The position numbers were made by a program, and so were the translations under genes. A stretch of DNA of 64,000 nucleotides from Bacteriovoracia bacterium (lineage in GTDB: Bacteria; Bdellovibrionota; UBA1018; CAIPTA01): NCBI GenBank assembly GCA_050246755.1, contig JBFWVL010000001.1:1024001-1088000 (forward strand), read 5' to 3'. Position 1 is the stretch's first letter, and every line of letters begins with the position of its first letter. This document shows positions 10,051 to 19,903 of the stretch, piece by piece. The notes under the pieces are model-generated. The model worked only from the letters and a program-made list of their open reading frames with translations. It ran no database searches and had not been told where the DNA came from.

Positions 10051-11451
10051 TCAGCCTTCTTTCGCTTCACTGATTTTAAGAGCCTTTATCTTCCGATGCA
10101 AATGAGCTCGCTCGATGCCGAGCAACTGCGCCGTTCTTGAAATATTCCAATCATTTTCTTTGAGCTTGTGGATGATGAATTCACGCTCAAACTGATTTTT
10201 GGCTTCCTTCAGACCAGCGGAAAGCGCAAGCGGGATAACTGGTCCAGACTCCTCGGCGCCTTGGTCCTCGAGGGGAGCCTTAGCCACGGCGTCTAATATC
10301 TCGGCGGGAACGTCCTCGATGGCAATAGTTTCACCCCGGCACATAATGCTCAGCCGCTCCACTAGGTTGCGAAGCTCTCGCACGTTTCCGGGCCAAGAAT
10401 AGTGCTTCAGTATCTGCAAAGCATCTTCCGAAACCTTTTTCGCCTCCCTCCCCTGCTCGCGGGCGAAAGTTTCAAAATAATGCTTTAGCAGAGCAGAAAT
10501 ATCTTCCACGCGCTGACGCAATGGAGGAACGAGAATAGGTATAACGGCGAGGCGATAATAGAGATCTTCGCGGAATAAATTATTCTTGATCGCTTCCAGG
10601 AGATTTTTGTTAGTGGCCGCCACGACGCGCACGTCCACTTCGATAGTCTGATTTCCACCGACCCGCTCAAACTTCTGCTCTTGCAGGATACGAAGCACCT
10701 TCGCCTGGGTTTTTAAGCTCATATCGGCAATTTCATCGAGGAAAAGCGTGCCGCCATTGGCTTGGTCGAACTTACCGCGCTTCATCTGCGTGGCACCGGT
10801 GAATGAACCCTTTTCGTGCCCAAATAATTCACTCTCGATTAATTCTTCGGGGATCGCGGCACAGTTTACGGCCACGAAAGGCTCGTCTTTACGCCTGCTA
10901 CCGGAATGAATCGCCCGGGCAACCAGTTCCTTTCCGGTGCCGTTTTCTCCGGTGATCAGTACCCAGCTGGATAGCGGCGCGATCGTGGAGATCTGCTCCT
11001 TCAACGCCATCATGCGTGGAGAGCTTCCGATCATTTGTGGGGTTTTGAAAACTTCCGAGCGAAGGATTTTATTTTCCTTATTCAGCTCGGAAAACTGGAA
11101 CGCATTTCTCAGGGTGAGGAGCAGCTTCTCCAGCGAAAGAGGCTTTTCAATAAAATCATACGCGCCGAGCTTGGTGGCCTTTACCGCCGTCTCCACCGTA
11201 CCGTGGCCACTCATCACGATCACGAGCTGATCGGGAGTAATCGCGCGGATTCGCTTCAGGGTCTCGAGGCCGTCGATCCCGGGCATCCAGACGTCGAGAA
11301 GAACAGCGTCGAAGGAACCATTCGCCACGTAACCAAGCCCCTCTTCGCCCGACCCGGCAGTCATTACTTCAAAGGATTCGTCTCTCAATACGCCCGAAAT
11401 CGTGGAGCGGATGGAAGCTTCGTCGTCAATAATCAAAACATTACGGGCCAT
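10051..11451 (-). CDS. ntrX: NtrX-like sigma54-dependent response regulator (REC-AAA+-HTH)
   Basis: LLDVWMP receiver; GENGTGKE Walker A; ESELFGHEKGSFTGA; Fis-type HTH (NISRTAQLLGIERAHLHRK). Confidence 0.88.
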   Translation of the reverse strand: MARNVLIIDDEASIRSTISGVLRDESFEVMTAGSGEEGLGYVANGSFDAVLLDVWMPGIDGLETLKRIRAITPDQLVIVMSGHGTVETAVKATKLGAYDFIEKPLSLEKLLLTLRNAFQFSELNKENKILRSEVFKTPQMIGSSPRMMALKEQISTIAPLSSWVLITGENGTGKELVARAIHSGSRRKDEPFVAVNCAAIPEELIESELFGHEKGSFTGATQMKRGKFDQANGGTLFLDEIADMSLKTQAKVLRILQEQKFERVGGNQTIEVDVRVVAATNKNLLEAIKNNLFREDLYYRLAVIPILVPPLRQRVEDISALLKHYFETFAREQGREAKKVSEDALQILKHYSWPGNVRELRNLVERLSIMCRGETIAIEDVPAEILDAVAKAPLEDQGAEESGPVIPLALSAGLKEAKNQFEREFIIHKLKENDWNISRTAQLLGIERAHLHRKIKALKISEAKEG

Positions 11452-13714
11452 GCTGCAATACCTCTATCGCGCGACTCACCGGAAGCTCAATGGTAAAATA
11501 CGTACGGAATTTTCCATCTTGGCCGCTCGAGCTGGCACGGATATACCCGTCGTGGTCGTTAATTATGCGCTTCGCGATCGCCAAACCGAGGCCAGTACCC
11601 TCATTTTTGGTGGAAAAGTAAGGCTCGAATAGCATCGGAAGCACCTCTTCGGGAATCCCGGGCCCCGTGTCGGCAACCTGCATGACTACGATTCCAGTCT
11701 CGGGTCGGAATTCGGTGCGAATCTGAATCACACCTTCCTGCTCATTCATGGCCGCCACCGCATTATCCAGCAAATTCACCACTACCCGCTTAATTTGATC
11801 GCGATCAAAAGAAAATATCGGTACTCCGCTATCGGGAAGAAATTCAAACGTTATGTGGCGGTGCGCCTGCCGAAAAAGGCCGACGGCTTCTGCTAAAGCG
11901 GAATTCAATTCGTTCGGCATCGGATTGGCCGCCGGGAACCGAGCGAACTGGGAAAACTCATTCACCATTTCTTTAAGCTCATCCACCTGACTAATAATCG
12001 TGTCGGTGCACTCTTTAAAAATCTCGTTCTCATCAAGTCTTCCGAGGTAGCGCTTCTGCAAACGCTGGGCCGAAAGCTTGATGGGTGTAAGCGGGTTCTT
12101 AATTTCGTGGGCAATCCGACGAGCCACCTCACGCCAAGCCACCTCACGCTGAGCCTTAATGAGATGGGAGATATCGTCGAGCACGAGCACCAGGCCGAGG
12201 TAACGGCTATCGGCATCGTATAGCGGCGTAATGGTTACCAGTAGAGACAGAAGCCGCGAGTCCTTCGCCGTCATGTTCAGGTATTTAAAAATAGTTTCTT
12301 TGCCGCCAGCCGCTAGTACCTGCTGAATACTCAGATGTAGCTCGGAAAGAGATCCTACGAGCACCTCTTCCAGCCGCATCCCGATAATCTCTTCGCTTTT
12401 CACCCCGAGAAGATTCGCCGCCGACTTATTCATGGTGGTCACGGTAGAATCGGCACTCATGGAACAAACCCCGGCACTCACGTTTGCAAGAATCGCCTCG
12501 AGGTAGCGGCGCTTTTCCTGAAGCTCTTCGTTAGTGGAACGAAGGGTCGTATATGCCGACTGCAGGCGGTCGCGGTTCTCGCGCAGATCGGTGGTCATTT
12601 TATTAAAAGCGAGACTCACCGTGGCAATTTCATCGTGCCCGGGCACCTGAATTTCGACATCCAGGTTTCCGCTGCCCACCTCGCTCACCGCTTGGGCCAA
12701 ATATTCCAGCGGCATCGTCATTTGACGGGCCAGATAAAATCCCACCCAGATAGCCGCGAAAGTCACGAGAAGAGTGATCAAGATAAGAATAGTGAAATAG
12801 ATCGTCTTCACCGGGTATTTTAGCGGATTTACATCTCTAAAATCGGCGTAGGTAGAAGAGATTTCATCCACCTTATTCACGAGACTAACCGGTAAATGAT
12901 AACTAACCGCGAGGGCGCCTACAATTTTGCGGCTAGTAGCCGACTCCCTTAACGGCATTACGGACCTAAGCACGTCTCCAGTTCCCACGTGCTGCACCAG
13001 CGCGGCCTCCTCCCCGTCCAACGCGGCCTGAACCGTGGCAATCGGCAAGCGCGGAAATAGCTCCGGATTCAATTCGGAGCGCACCACGAGGGTTCGCGGA
13101 TCAAGGGGGTGCCAGTAAATCTCCACGGCGTCCAAGGCATACTTGCTACGCAGCTGATTTAAATCGCGGCCTATTCTCAAACGCCCATTCCTATCGTTGA
13201 GATTGGCGTGATCACTCACTTCGTCGCGAATTCTCTCGGCGAAATGCTGGGCGCTTTTCTGGGTGTTTTTATAATAAATATCGGTGATCTCGAGCGACGC
13301 CTGGAGCGTATTGCTCACCTTCACGCTGAACCATTTGTCGAAGGTGGAGTTAATATAAAAAGAAGAAATTAAAAAAAGCACCACCGTGGGAATGATGGAA
13401 AGACTGAGAAAGCTGAGCACCAACTTCGTTTTGAGCTTAGCCCCCAGCATTCCTTTGCGGCGCTCGAGGAAAAGTTTGGAAAGATTCCGGAAGATCAGGA
13501 AAACCAGAATCGCGAGCAAAATCAAATTGAGGTTGATGATCCCAAAAAAGAAAATCGAGTTAACAAAGGGAAGAGTGCTAGATGCACGCACCAATTTCAA
13601 CGCGAGATTCGAAAGCACCACGATCAAAATCAGCACGATTCCGATCGTGACAAGTTCGCGACGTCGCTTTCGCTTCTCGCTTTTATCTAGTGAAAAACCA
13701 CCCAAAATTGGCAC
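11441..13714 (-). CDS. ntrY: NtrY-like sensor histidine kinase (TM-HAMP-PAS-HisKA-HATPase)
   Basis: AWREVARRIAHEIKNPLTPIKLSAQRL H-box; N, G1, F and G2 boxes; paired with ntrX. Confidence 0.9.
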   Translation of the reverse strand: MPILGGFSLDKSEKRKRRRELVTIGIVLILIVVLSNLALKLVRASSTLPFVNSIFFFGIINLNLILLAILVFLIFRNLSKLFLERRKGMLGAKLKTKLVLSFLSLSIIPTVVLFLISSFYINSTFDKWFSVKVSNTLQASLEITDIYYKNTQKSAQHFAERIRDEVSDHANLNDRNGRLRIGRDLNQLRSKYALDAVEIYWHPLDPRTLVVRSELNPELFPRLPIATVQAALDGEEAALVQHVGTGDVLRSVMPLRESATSRKIVGALAVSYHLPVSLVNKVDEISSTYADFRDVNPLKYPVKTIYFTILILITLLVTFAAIWVGFYLARQMTMPLEYLAQAVSEVGSGNLDVEIQVPGHDEIATVSLAFNKMTTDLRENRDRLQSAYTTLRSTNEELQEKRRYLEAILANVSAGVCSMSADSTVTTMNKSAANLLGVKSEEIIGMRLEEVLVGSLSELHLSIQQVLAAGGKETIFKYLNMTAKDSRLLSLLVTITPLYDADSRYLGLVLVLDDISHLIKAQREVAWREVARRIAHEIKNPLTPIKLSAQRLQKRYLGRLDENEIFKECTDTIISQVDELKEMVNEFSQFARFPAANPMPNELNSALAEAVGLFRQAHRHITFEFLPDSGVPIFSFDRDQIKRVVVNLLDNAVAAMNEQEGVIQIRTEFRPETGIVVMQVADTGPGIPEEVLPMLFEPYFSTKNEGTGLGLAIAKRIINDHDGYIRASSSGQDGKFRTYFTIELPVSRAIEVLQHGP

Positions 13715-13789
13715 AGCGCACTAACCTTAGCCCGGAACTAATCCTAGAACCAGTTTTCGGGGCAATTCATTTCATTTCACGGCCTAAAT

Positions 13790-13819
13790 TTGACAGCCCG
13801 AGCCGAAAACGCCTATAAG
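13790..13819 (+). promoter_or_regulatory. Candidate sigma70 promoter for RNase G/E gene
   Basis: TTGACA-N18-TATAAG in the divergent ntrY/rng spacer. Confidence 0.4.
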
Positions 13820-13963
13820 TATGGCCAGAGATCCGTTTTTGACGAACCAAGTTTGGCCCCATTATTTGGCCGAATAACCAATAGTATAAACGAACGTTGA
13901 GTCGTGCGCATGCCTTAAGCGGCGTTAGCGGTTCTCCTTTCGAAATAGCAAAAGGGATCTCGT

Positions 13964-15742
13964 ATGCCATCAGAATTAGTCATTAACGCCACCTTGCCGG
14001 AAATCCGGGTGGCCCTCCTGGAAGATGGAGAAATCTCCGATCTTTCTATCGAGTACGAAAAAAACAAAAGCATCGTTGGTAACGTATACAAGGGCCGCAT
14101 CGTGCGCGTTCTTCCCGGCATGCAAGCCGCTTTCGTAGATATCGGACTCGAGCGAGCCGCGTTTCTTTACGTAGGCGATATCGTTTACGAAGCCGAGAGC
14201 GACGAAGAAGAGCCGGAAGAAATTCCCTCTACTCCCACTACCGCAGAGGGCGATATAGGCCCCGAGGCCGAGGAATCGACCAGCGAAAGCGGCTCCGAGC
14301 AGGAAGGCGAAGAAACCGTTGCGGCTGAAGGCGAAGAACAGCCTGCTGCGGAAGGTGAAGAAACCTCCCCCCGCCGCTCTTCCAACATGGGTCCTCGAGG
14401 ACGCGACCGCCAAAGCCGCGGACGTTCTGGCGGACGTGGACGCGGTGGACGCTCCAAACCAATGCGTCCACGCCTGAATATCCAGGACGTGGTGAAAGAA
14501 GGCCAAGACGTAGTGGTTCAGGTAGCGAAAGAGCCTATGGGAACCAAAGGCGCGCGCCTAACTTGTCATATTTCTCTACCCGGGCGTCACGTGGTGCTTA
14601 TGCCCACCGTGGATCACGTAGGAGTTTCGCGCAAAATTGAATCGAACGAAGAACGCCGCCGCCTGCGCCAGATCGTAGACGACCTGCGTCCACCGGGAAT
14701 GGGAATCATCGTACGTACGGTTGCCGCCGAGCAAACGAATGAGCAGCTCACGAACGAGATCAACTATCTCCTAAATCTCTGGGCCACAATTAAGCGCAAA
14801 ACGGAAACCCAGAAAGCTCCGGTTTGCTTAAACGAAGACCTCAACGTGGTTCTAAAAACCGTGCGAGATTTTTTCACGGACGACATTCACCGCCTCGTGG
14901 TGGATTCGCCCCGCGTGCATTCTTACGTGGTGGAGTTTGCCGAGCAGTTTGCACCTCACCTCGTGAACCGCGTAGTGAAGTATACCGGCAAAGATCCGAT
15001 CTTCGACGCTTATGGGATCGAGAGTGAAATTTCCCGCGCCTTGCTACGTAAAGTTTGGCTGAAAAGCGGCGGCTATTTGATCGTAGACCAAACGGAAGCG
15101 CTAACCGTGATCGACGTGAATACCGGAAAATTTACCGGCAAGAAAAACCTAGAAGAAACAATCTTCAAGACGAATATGGAAGCCGTGAAAGAAGTGGCTT
15201 ATCAGCTCCGCCTTCGTAACGTGGGCGGTATCATCATCGTCGATCTGATCGATATGGAAAAATCCGCTCACCGCGAAAAGGTATATCGCTCCTTTGAAGA
15301 CGCACTTAAAAAAGACAAAGCTAAAACGAATATCTTAAGGATCTCCGAACTTGGCCTTATCCAGATGACGAGAAAGCGTACCCGCGAATCACTCAATCAC
15401 GTACTCTGCGAGAGCTGCCCGTATTGCAATGGTAAAGGATTCACCAAGAACCTTCGTACTGTTTGCTACGACATCTTTCGCGAGCTCGAACGCGCCGCCC
15501 TCGAAGGCGGAACTGTAGGCGCCCGCGTAGTGGCTCACCCAGAAGTGGCTGACGCCTTGTTTCAGGATGAACGAGATACTCTTGATCGCCTCGAAGAACG
15601 CTTCAGCATGAAGGTTTCCATCCAGGGAGATCCGTCCCTGCATATAGAAGACTTCAAAGTTTCGGGGGAACGCTTAAGCCTATCAGGGATAAAAAAAGCT
15701 CCTGTGATTCCGGCCGCCCCCGCCTCCAATCCAGAAGCCTAA
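13964..15742 (+). CDS. rng: Ribonuclease G/E family endoribonuclease
   Basis: GNVYKGRIVRVLPGMQAAFVDIG S1 start, IDVNTG, QLRLRNVGGIIIVDLIDM, CPYCNGKG Zn-link; no long RNase E C-terminal scaffold. Confidence 0.93.
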   Translation: MPSELVINATLPEIRVALLEDGEISDLSIEYEKNKSIVGNVYKGRIVRVLPGMQAAFVDIGLERAAFLYVGDIVYEAESDEEEPEEIPSTPTTAEGDIGPEAEESTSESGSEQEGEETVAAEGEEQPAAEGEETSPRRSSNMGPRGRDRQSRGRSGGRGRGGRSKPMRPRLNIQDVVKEGQDVVVQVAKEPMGTKGARLTCHISLPGRHVVLMPTVDHVGVSRKIESNEERRRLRQIVDDLRPPGMGIIVRTVAAEQTNEQLTNEINYLLNLWATIKRKTETQKAPVCLNEDLNVVLKTVRDFFTDDIHRLVVDSPRVHSYVVEFAEQFAPHLVNRVVKYTGKDPIFDAYGIESEISRALLRKVWLKSGGYLIVDQTEALTVIDVNTGKFTGKKNLEETIFKTNMEAVKEVAYQLRLRNVGGIIIVDLIDMEKSAHREKVYRSFEDALKKDKAKTNILRISELGLIQMTRKRTRESLNHVLCESCPYCNGKGFTKNLRTVCYDIFRELERAALEGGTVGARVVAHPEVADALFQDERDTLDRLEERFSMKVSIQGDPSLHIEDFKVSGERLSLSGIKKAPVIPAAPASNPEA

Positions 15743-15763
15743 AAAACGCATTTATGCGAAGAA

Positions 15764-15799
15764 AGCCGTACTGGGAAAGCCCCGTACGGCTCTTTTTTT
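15764..15799 (+). terminator. Rho-independent terminator after rng
   Basis: AGCCGTAC...GTACGGCT stem followed by CTTTTTTT. Confidence 0.85.
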
Positions 15800-15963
15800 G
15801 TCCTTAAAATATGTCTATTTTTTAGACAGATGTATGGCTCCCGGCGTGAGCAGCGCGCCAACCCTCAATAAAACGCCGTATAATCAAGGACTTATGGGCC
15901 GACGGCTTGGCCTTTTCCTTGCTCTCCTACGAGTAGACCTTTTATTTTGTAGGAGCAGTTCGA

Positions 15964-16677
15964 ATGAAAATCTCTACCCAGTTGCCACTCTTTTTAGCCC
16001 TTCTTTTTTCCATCCCTGTAAGCGCCTCGGCCGCATCGCTCGCCGACGTGCAAAAACAAATCGATGACCTTCGCCAACGTGCGGAGTCCGACATGGCTTT
16101 CGTGGCAAAAAATGGACGAAACTGTACCAACCACTTTGGCACCCTGGGCGATGCTTTGAATAAGACCGCCGCCCGCGTCGGTGCCGCGAGAGCGGCCCTG
16201 AATGAAGCTTTCAGCAAAGTTTCCGCTAAGAGTGAGGATGGAAGCTGCAAAGCCCCAGACCTAAAAGAAGTGAAATTTATGCTCAAGGGCATCCAAGCCG
16301 CCCGCGATCACATTGATTTCATCGTCGATACTTTCGATAAGTCGCCGAGCTTTCTCACCCAAAAAACCAGCCATCAAATCATGCTGGAAGCCATGGCCGC
16401 GGCCGAAGGCTACCCCAACTGCATCCCCACTAAGCGCAATGATCCGAACTCCACTCCTGAGTCTCTGCGCTACCAGTCCTTCCACGATGGCATCGTGAAG
16501 CTCGGTAAACTATTGAAGCAGTTGGATGAAGACGGGGGCCTCAAAGCCGCCGCAAAAAACTCCTGTCATCAAGCAAATAGCGGCCGCCTTCAGTTTGCAG
16601 CCTACCAATCCTCTGGTGGCGGCGCCGTTGATCGCGCCATCGAAGATGCCGCCGGCGGATCTACCGCGGCCTACTAA
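15964..16677 (+). CDS. Secreted hypothetical protein (helical, 4 Cys)
   Basis: AGGAG SD; Sec signal peptide ending ASA; own terminator; no family recognised. Confidence 0.8.
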   Translation: MKISTQLPLFLALLFSIPVSASAASLADVQKQIDDLRQRAESDMAFVAKNGRNCTNHFGTLGDALNKTAARVGAARAALNEAFSKVSAKSEDGSCKAPDLKEVKFMLKGIQAARDHIDFIVDTFDKSPSFLTQKTSHQIMLEAMAAAEGYPNCIPTKRNDPNSTPESLRYQSFHDGIVKLGKLLKQLDEDGGLKAAAKNSCHQANSGRLQFAAYQSSGGGAVDRAIEDAAGGSTAAY

Positions 16678-16688
16678 GCTAAGCGCAT

Positions 16689-16737
16689 AAAAAGCAAAAT
16701 CCCGCGTAGCCCAAGGCAACGCGGGATTTTGCTTTTT
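16689..16737. terminator. Bidirectional Rho-independent terminator
   Basis: Perfect 19-bp inverted repeat AAAAAGCAAAATCCCGCGT / ACGCGGGATTTTGCTTTTT between convergent genes. Confidence 0.9.
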
Positions 16738-16746
16738 CCAGAGCAA

Positions 16747-17175
16747 CTAGAAGCGAATATTTGCAATGGAAGACCAAACAGCCGGCGCTCGCTGCGCCAT
16801 CCCGCTCCGGCCCTGAAGACTCGTAGAATGCTCGGGTTGAAGAAGCTTGGCTCGATTAGCGAGATCTATCTCTTTCCGTACACGCGCGTTCGCCTCTTCT
16901 TCGTCTTCCGCCCGGCCATCCTGCACGCCGGAATAAGCAGAAATAAGAACACCCACCACAGCGCCGACCGCGGCTCCGTAAAAGATATTCTTCGTATTTT
17001 TTCCAGAATCTTCATAAAAGGGCAGAGTAGAGGCGCCGAGGATAGCGCCCGCCACCGTGGTAACAGTTACGGTGGTGGCGGCTTCGCCCATCGTCACAGC
17101 CTTCGCTCCCGGGGAAAGAACTAAGGCAAGGATCAAATAAATCAGTACCGACGTGGAGGAGCGGTGCAAAATCAC
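16747..17175 (-). CDS. Hypothetical exported/membrane protein with glycine-zipper-like helices
   Basis: Signal peptide (AKA), AGAILGASTL and GAAVGAVVGV helices, C-terminal Phe; GTGA overlap with the upstream gene. Confidence 0.75.
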   Translation of the reverse strand: MILHRSSTSVLIYLILALVLSPGAKAVTMGEAATTVTVTTVAGAILGASTLPFYEDSGKNTKNIFYGAAVGAVVGVLISAYSGVQDGRAEDEEEANARVRKEIDLANRAKLLQPEHSTSLQGRSGMAQRAPAVWSSIANIRF

Positions 17176-17774
17176 GGTACGTAATCTCTCAACAGACTAA
17201 GCAAATTCCCGCAGGGTTTTCCTACGATCGTTTTGCGCTCTGTTACGTATGACTTCGATTTTTTGTTCCAATAGGAAATCTCAGAGTCGCAGGATTCACT
17301 CGCCACCTTGCGGCCATCACTCTCGGTTTTTACCACCGAGAAAGTGACGGGATTTTCCGCTTGGCCTTCGGCGGCGAACGCAAAGCGTTCGCCGTCGTTG
17401 ATCCTAGTTTGTATCATTTTGTAGTTCGTGCCCTGCACGTCTACGTAAAAGTGATTGGTGTTGGCAAGAAAGCTAAATGCCCAGTCTTTCTGCTTCACCA
17501 AAACCTGGTGCTTATTTTCACTGGCCACCGCGCGGTTACTATTGTCGGCGGCGATGCGGCCGAAGTTATCGCCAACTTCGTCTAGCCAGGTGAAATCTCC
17601 GTGCATTGCTGCCGGTTCTCGCCCGTCGTATTTTTTCCGGTTTTCGCTGGCATCAGAATCGTCTTTGACGGAACTGATTTCGCGGTTTCCTGTGGACGCA
17701 CATGCGGCTAAGCCGAGTGCCAAGATGATGAGTGCCCCTGATCTGATCGTATTAACGTACTTCCTGTACTTCAT
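17172..17774 (-). CDS. Hypothetical lipoprotein
   Basis: Lipobox LAAC; AGGAGG SD; four R-x-x-A/S-S/A motifs. Confidence 0.85.
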   Translation of the reverse strand: MKYRKYVNTIRSGALIILALGLAACASTGNREISSVKDDSDASENRKKYDGREPAAMHGDFTWLDEVGDNFGRIAADNSNRAVASENKHQVLVKQKDWAFSFLANTNHFYVDVQGTNYKMIQTRINDGERFAFAAEGQAENPVTFSVVKTESDGRKVASESCDSEISYWNKKSKSYVTERKTIVGKPCGNLLSLLRDYVP

Positions 17775-17795
17775 AAACCGATCCTCCTACCGAAA

Positions 17796-17823
17796 AGTAT
17801 AGCATTTCGCACGCTCGGCTCAA
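17796..17823 (-). promoter_or_regulatory. Sigma70 promoter of the lipoprotein operon
   Basis: TTGAGC-N16-TATACT with extended -10 TG. Confidence 0.6.
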
Positions 17824-17901
17824 GGGTTATGTCATAGAGGGTAAAGCACTGTAAGTTTTCGCTTTTTTCTGCTATTTCCCAAAAGGAAAGACAGGTGCCT
17901 T

Positions 17902-18534
17902 TTGACCCCTACCCTTTTTCTAGCTTCTCAGTCACCGCGCCGCCGCGACCTGCTTGAGCAGGCGGCCATCCGCTTTCAAGTTTATCTACCCAAGGAAGAG
18001 GAGCTCATGGCGCCAAAAACCTCGAAAGAGCCTCCGTCACACCTGGTGAAGCGTATCGCAGAAGCCAAAGCGCTAGCGGCAGCTAGGGAGTTAACCGCAA
18101 GCGGTGAAAATAATGCGTTAATACTAGCGGCTGACACGCTAGTTTTTATTGGTAACCGTGTATTAGCTAAACCAACTTCTCAACTAGAGGCCGTAAGAAT
18201 GCTCAAAACTCTTTCGGGAAAATGGCATACCGTGTGTACCGGCGTAACGGTGGCTCAGCTTAAAAATGGCAAGCACACGGTAAAGTCATTTTCGTTGTCT
18301 ACGAAAGTAAAATTCTTCCGTCTTCAGCCAGAACAAATTCGCTGGTACGTGGCTACCGGAGAGCCCATGGATAAGGCCGGAAGTTATGGAGCTCAGGGAT
18401 ATGGCGCGGCCCTCGTAGAAAAGTTCTCTGGCTCTTATACGAATGTAGTTGGTTTGCCGCTCGGACATACTCTACGTTTTCTAGAAAAGGTTTCCGGCCT
18501 CAAACGGAGCGCTTTTCAGAGGGAAAAAAAGTGA
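17902..18534 (+). CDS. maf: Maf family nucleoside triphosphate pyrophosphatase
   Basis: LASQSPRRRDLL, AADT, DKAGSYGAQ, NVVGLP motifs. Confidence 0.95.
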   Translation: MTPTLFLASQSPRRRDLLEQAAIRFQVYLPKEEELMAPKTSKEPPSHLVKRIAEAKALAAARELTASGENNALILAADTLVFIGNRVLAKPTSQLEAVRMLKTLSGKWHTVCTGVTVAQLKNGKHTVKSFSLSTKVKFFRLQPEQIRWYVATGEPMDKAGSYGAQGYGAALVEKFSGSYTNVVGLPLGHTLRFLEKVSGLKRSAFQREKK

Positions 18535-19238
18535 AACGAGAGCTGCTGGAAAACGTAAAAAGCGACATCAGGGATGCCTGCCAACGCGCGGGACGAAAAC
18601 CCGAAGAGGTAACTCTTATTGCCGTAAGCAAGACCAAACCCTGGGAAGACGTTGCGGAATTCCTTACGCTCGGACAAAAAGATTTTGGGGAAAACTACGT
18701 TCAAGAGGCACTGGAAAAGATTGCGGCAATAAAATCTGATACTAAAATTTCCACTGTTCCCAACTGGCACTTCATCGGAAACCTACAGTCGAATAAAGCC
18801 AAATTCTTGCCGGGTAACTTCGGGCTCTTTCATGCGCTCGATTCTGTCTCGTTGGCGCAGAAATTAAGTAAGGCGGCGGCAGAGAGGAAGGTCGTGATGA
18901 ATTGTCTCGTAGAAGTAAATGTAGACAACGAAGCGAGCAAGGCCGGGATCTCTTCTGGCCATCTACCTGCATTTCTTAAAGACATACTCGAACTCCAAAA
19001 TATTCGTATCTTGGGATTGATGTGCTTACCTTCGGCCGCCAATGCCAGCCGTGCTCCTTTTGCGAAACTGAGAGATCTTTTAGAAAAAACTAACGCCAGC
19101 AATATCTATCCTCATCCTCTTCGCGAACTATCCATGGGCATGAGCGGCGATTTCAAGGAAGCCATCATGGAGGGGGCCACTTTTGTGCGCGTTGGTACCC
19201 GGCTCTTCGGTGAGCGAACGCGAGGAAAGGTTTCGTGA
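18531..19238 (+). CDS. yggS: YggS/PROSC PLP homeostasis protein
   Basis: AVSKT, FGENYVQE, WHFIGNLQSNK, LSMGMSGD, VRVGTRLFG motifs. Confidence 0.97.
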   Translation: MKRELLENVKSDIRDACQRAGRKPEEVTLIAVSKTKPWEDVAEFLTLGQKDFGENYVQEALEKIAAIKSDTKISTVPNWHFIGNLQSNKAKFLPGNFGLFHALDSVSLAQKLSKAAAERKVVMNCLVEVNVDNEASKAGISSGHLPAFLKDILELQNIRILGLMCLPSAANASRAPFAKLRDLLEKTNASNIYPHPLRELSMGMSGDFKEAIMEGATFVRVGTRLFGERTRGKVS

Positions 19239-19903
19239 AATTTGATCTAGTTTACGAAACCGAGAAGTTTGTGGCGGTGAACAAGCCGGCGGGAGTTCTT
19301 TCGCAGAAAGATAAGTCCGGGGAAGACGACCTCGCCGCCCTCCTTTCAAACGAGTGGAAGCGCGAGGGCAGAAGAGTGGACTTCCTCGCTCCTGTGCATC
19401 GCTTGGATCGCAATGTGTCCGGACTCATCTTGCTTGCGAAAAGCTCCGCCGGCGCAAAAGAGCTGTCCACCTGGCTGGTAGAAGGAAAAGTTAACCGCAC
19501 CTACTTAGCAATCGCCAAAGGAGATCCCGGGGAAAGCGGAACGTTTGAGTTTCGGTTAAAAAAGGACTCCGCCACCAATCAAGTACGGGTCGCGAATGAT
19601 GGTGAAGAAGCCGTTACTCAATTCACGCGCCTCCAAAAGCTCGGAAACTCCAGTCTGATGAAGGTGCGCCTGCTCACAGGTAGATCACATCAAATTCGCG
19701 TGCATTTTTCGCACGCTGGGCATGCTCTAATCGGCGACAAAAAATACGCTAAGAAGCCTTGGTCCGAAATCTTCCACCGGCCGGCCCTTCATGCCACCGA
19801 GCTCGAAATGCCGGGAGAAAATGGAAAAGTTTTACAGCTGCGCGCGGCCACACCGAAAGATTTTTCCGATCTATTGGCTAAGCTAGGTGGAAAACCGCTT
19901 TAA
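19235..19903 (+). CDS. RluA family pseudouridine synthase
   Basis: NKPAG, HRLDRNVSG (catalytic Asp), TGRSHQIRVH, IGDKKY motifs. Confidence 0.93.
   Translation: MKFDLVYETEKFVAVNKPAGVLSQKDKSGEDDLAALLSNEWKREGRRVDFLAPVHRLDRNVSGLILLAKSSAGAKELSTWLVEGKVNRTYLAIAKGDPGESGTFEFRLKKDSATNQVRVANDGEEAVTQFTRLQKLGNSSLMKVRLLTGRSHQIRVHFSHAGHALIGDKKYAKKPWSEIFHRPALHATELEMPGENGKVLQLRAATPKDFSDLLAKLGGKPL

Noticed and set aside
13767-14506. Minus-strand ORFs over the ntrY-rng spacer and the rng insert
   Set aside because: Antisense to low-complexity coding sequence or promoter DNA; no coding evidence.
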